Assembly: GCA_017500745.1 (NCBI GenBank)
Contig: JAFVYE010000067.1
Coordinates: 1 to 36,804 of the forward strand
From: Clostridia bacterium
Lineage (GTDB): Bacteria; Bacillota; Clostridia; Christensenellales; CAG-917
Reading direction: 5' to 3'
Length of the DNA: 36,804 bases
The position numbers and the translations under genes were made by a program. Shown piece by piece: positions 34,664-36,804 of the stretch. The notes below the pieces were generated by a model. The model did not search any database. It was not told where the DNA came from and saw only the letters and a program-made list of their open reading frames with translations. Each line of letters starts with the position of its first letter. Position 1 is the stretch's first letter.

Positions 34664-34731
34664 AGTTCTTTGGCAATTATGATTCTTGACGATTTTGCGT
34701 CATTATAAGACTGTTTTTGGGGTTGAATGCT

Positions 34732-35175
34732 ATGTTGATTGCAATCATTGGTGAAAACTGCGTTGGCAAATCTACGCTTGCAAAGGAATTGGCCAGTCAT
34801 TTTCCGTCCAAAATATTTGTGGGCAAGGACTTTTTGCGCCTTGAAAGAAATCCGTCCGTCGCAAAGCAGACCTTTCAAAAAATGTTGGCACAATCGGTTT
34901 GTGGCGAGAACTTGATTTTTGTCATCTCTGAAAAAGAGCATATTGACCTTTTGCCGGAGGGCGCACTTAGGATTTTGCTCACTGCCGATCTTGACGTCAT
35001 CAAAGAGAGATTTAAGGATCGCATGAGGGGATTTTTGCCTCCCCCTGTGGAGAAAATGCTTGAACGCAACCACGGCACTTTTGACAGCGTAAAGTGTGAT
35101 TTTTGTCTTGAAAGTGGCAAATATGATATAAATAGCGTTTTAGAATCTTTAAATTTACTTAACTTTGTTAAGTAA
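34732..35175 (+). CDS. Small P-loop kinase-like protein (cytidylate-kinase-like/AAA fold)
   Basis: Walker A IIGENCVGKST at the N-terminus, about 147 aa. The ATG at 34732 is preferred over the TTG at 34717. Confidence 0.6.
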   Translation: MLIAIIGENCVGKSTLAKELASHFPSKIFVGKDFLRLERNPSVAKQTFQKMLAQSVCGENLIFVISEKEHIDLLPEGALRILLTADLDVIKERFKDRMRGFLPPPVEKMLERNHGTFDSVKCDFCLESGKYDINSVLESLNLLNFVK

Positions 35176-35176
35176 A
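35154..35176. repeat. Palindrome copy 2: TTTACTTAAC-TTT-GTTAAGTAAA, overlapping the kinase stop codon
   Basis: Same arms as copy 1. It encodes the C-terminal LLNFVK plus the stop codon. Confidence 0.85.
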
Positions 35177-35274
35177 AGATATATTTAACCGCAGAAAATT
35201 ATACGCTACCATTTTGAGCTTAAAATCTATCATTAAATTATTGCGTTCACTTATTGTGGCGCACAGGACTGCAT

Positions 35275-35808
35275 ATGTTTGTTTGGGTTGGAATTGACGT
35301 AGACAGCCAATATGGCGAAATTAAAGACGTTGTAAAACGAGTTGAAAACGAAGTGGGCATAGACCACAGCATTTTTACGTTGCCTTGGCACGTGTCTCTC
35401 AAAATCTCTTTTAAAGTGGATGAAAGGGATCTTGAGGGAATTGAGGGCACCATCACAGACATTTACAATGGCGTAGAGCCCTTTGAAATCGCCGTAAAGG
35501 GCATTGAGCACCATGACAACATCTGCTGGGTCAGAATGTGTGAGAACCATCGTTTGAACGCATTGAGCGAGGTTTTAAACCACACTCTAAGGGACAAGCA
35601 CAACATTCCTCTCCATGAATATGACCTTGACTTTATGTTTCATACAACGCTTTTTATGGATGATGACTTGGACAAGGTGGCAAGGTGCTACGACATGGTC
35701 AAGGACGCACCAGTGCCTGACAAGCTTGTTGCAAAAAGGTTTGTCATTGGTTTGTCGGAGGGCGGAGCACTTGGAACTTACAAGATTTTTAAAACAATTG
35801 AAAAATGA
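35275..35808 (+). CDS. 2H phosphoesterase superfamily protein (LigT/cyclic phosphodiesterase-like)
   Basis: Two H-x-T/S-x motifs are present: WHVSLK and FHTTLF, about 85 aa apart. AGGA lies 6 nt before the ATG at 35275. Confidence 0.7.
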   Translation: MFVWVGIDVDSQYGEIKDVVKRVENEVGIDHSIFTLPWHVSLKISFKVDERDLEGIEGTITDIYNGVEPFEIAVKGIEHHDNICWVRMCENHRLNALSEVLNHTLRDKHNIPLHEYDLDFMFHTTLFMDDDLDKVARCYDMVKDAPVPDKLVAKRFVIGLSEGGALGTYKIFKTIEK

Positions 35809-35852
35809 AAAACAAGTGATCTAAACGGATGAATTATAAATCTTTGATTTAT

Positions 35853-35879
35853 AAAAGGACGGTTTTGCCGTCCTTTTTT
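35853..35879. terminator. Bidirectional terminator between the 2H gene and the MazG-like gene
   Basis: AAAAGGACGG, loop TTTTG, CCGTCCTTTTTT. Confidence 0.75.
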
Positions 35880-35923
35880 ATTGACTCTCATTGCAATCAC
35901 AGCATGTTTATGCTGGCAAAATC

Positions 35924-36250
35924 TCACCAACGAATCATATTTTTGTTGAATTTTTCTTCATAAGCAGACTTCAATTCACCTGCGGATATGTTGTAGCACA
36001 TCATCACATCATTGTAGTACATCAAGACGTCTGCAAGCTCTTCAACCAATGATTTGCGTACATCGGCGTCTTTCATTATCTTTTCACAGTCGTTCTTTTT
36101 GATGATATGGGCCACTTCTCCAATTTCTTCCACCATCCACAGCAGTTTGTTTTTGCCCGTTTCGGGCTGAATTGGCTCCCATATGGCGCTATATTTGTCC
36201 TGAAGCTGTTTTTGCATTGCTTGCATTTGATTGATTGTGAAGTCTTGCAT
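35924..36250 (-). CDS. MazG-like nucleotide pyrophosphohydrolase domain protein
   Basis: EEIGEVAHII and VEELADVLMY helices fit the EExGE...ExxD pattern of all-alpha NTP pyrophosphohydrolases. 108 aa. Confidence 0.7.
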   Translation of the reverse strand: MQDFTINQMQAMQKQLQDKYSAIWEPIQPETGKNKLLWMVEEIGEVAHIIKKNDCEKIMKDADVRKSLVEELADVLMYYNDVMMCYNISAGELKSAYEEKFNKNMIRW

Positions 36251-36260
36251 AATTTTCTCC

Positions 36261-36804
36261 TTAAGAAATCATAAGATAGTTGGCTGTCCAAAATAGGATT
36301 GGGCCAACAAGAACAAACAAGTGGAACACCGCATGGACGTAGGGCTTGTGGATCGCAAACAGAACAGATCCCGCAATGACAGATGCAATGCCTATGGCAT
36401 TGAGGATAAGTTCTGCGGTGGAAAAATGAGTGTCTGTGAGGAAATATGCCCCCACAAGCAATGCACCTATTACAAAGTTCATTGCAAAGGACACCATGCG
36501 GAACTTGCGGAAGTTGACAAGGGACAACACAAGGGCAAGAACCACAAGTCCAAAACAAGTGGCATAGATTGCGTACCCTGCCACGTGGCCTGTGAGAAGG
36601 GCTACACCCGTTCCACAGGATATGACGATGATGTTGACAGAGCAGTAGTCAACCTTGCGCATTTTGGCCTTGAGGGCGGGATTTTGTATGAAGTGATACA
36701 CCGTTGAGTTGGTGTATAGCGCAAGAAAGCCAAGGGGGCACAATAGGGCGGTTGCAATAGATGCAGGTGTGGTGGCTTTTAGGAGCATAAGCACCAAGCC
36801 GACT
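36261..36804 (-). CDS. Hemolysin-III/PAQR family membrane protein (5' end probably outside the window)
   Basis: Multi-pass membrane protein ending in HAVFHLFVLVGPILFW, which is typical of the family. The frame is open to the window edge. Confidence 0.65.
   Translation of the reverse strand, partial: VGLVLMLLKATTPASIATALLCPLGFLALYTNSTVYHFIQNPALKAKMRKVDYCSVNIIVISCGTGVALLTGHVAGYAIYATCFGLVVLALVLSLVNFRKFRMVSFAMNFVIGALLVGAYFLTDTHFSTAELILNAIGIASVIAGSVLFAIHKPYVHAVFHLFVLVGPILFWTANYLMIS

Noticed and set aside
1-36804. Mobile elements, prophage, integron or defence islands.
   Set aside because: I found no transposase, integrase, recombinase, phage structural, restriction-modification, Cas, reverse transcriptase, or toxin-antitoxin-like ORF in any frame. 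The only hint of mobility is the 13-nt tRNA fragment at the left edge.

Overview
The window looks like an origin-proximal chromosomal segment of a low-GC Firmicute, judged from gene content (veg, glgD, mnmM/ytqB, a DUF3794-LysM protein); the taxon is inferred, not proven. About 90 percent is ordinary, tightly packed housekeeping DNA, mostly on the minus strand. In coordinate order it holds tRNA-Asn, a GNAT, mnmM, veg, an S8 peptidase, gltX, radC, a complete glycogen operon (glgB-C-D-A-P plus a GH13 enzyme), ispE and a P2-type cation ATPase. The ATPase is split by a 1-nt frameshift and preceded by a riboswitch-like attenuator. Next come recF, dnaA, a VanZ-like gene, dnaN, parB, rsmG, an MFS transporter, mtnN and luxS. 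At the right end are a small P-loop kinase, a 2H phosphoesterase, a MazG-like gene and a partial hemolysin-III gene. No transposase, integrase, CRISPR array or recognisable defence gene was seen. The standout is the 2.2-kb ORF-free tract between luxS and the kinase gene (32535-34731). It contains about 600 bp of strongly G-depleted tandem repeats from three sequence families that share a 16-18 nt period. It also contains a cluster of three near-consensus parS sites, an A-rich to T-rich polarity switch centred on an inverted repeat, and inverted 11-nt-period arrays at both edges. The replication genes are in a non-canonical order (dnaN, vanZ-like, dnaA, recF), each with its own promoter and terminator. 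parB has no adjacent parA. At least five genes, including dnaA and recF, have strong sigma-A promoters placed so that the mRNA would be leaderless. All calls come from reading the sequence and translated ORFs by eye; no searches were run.
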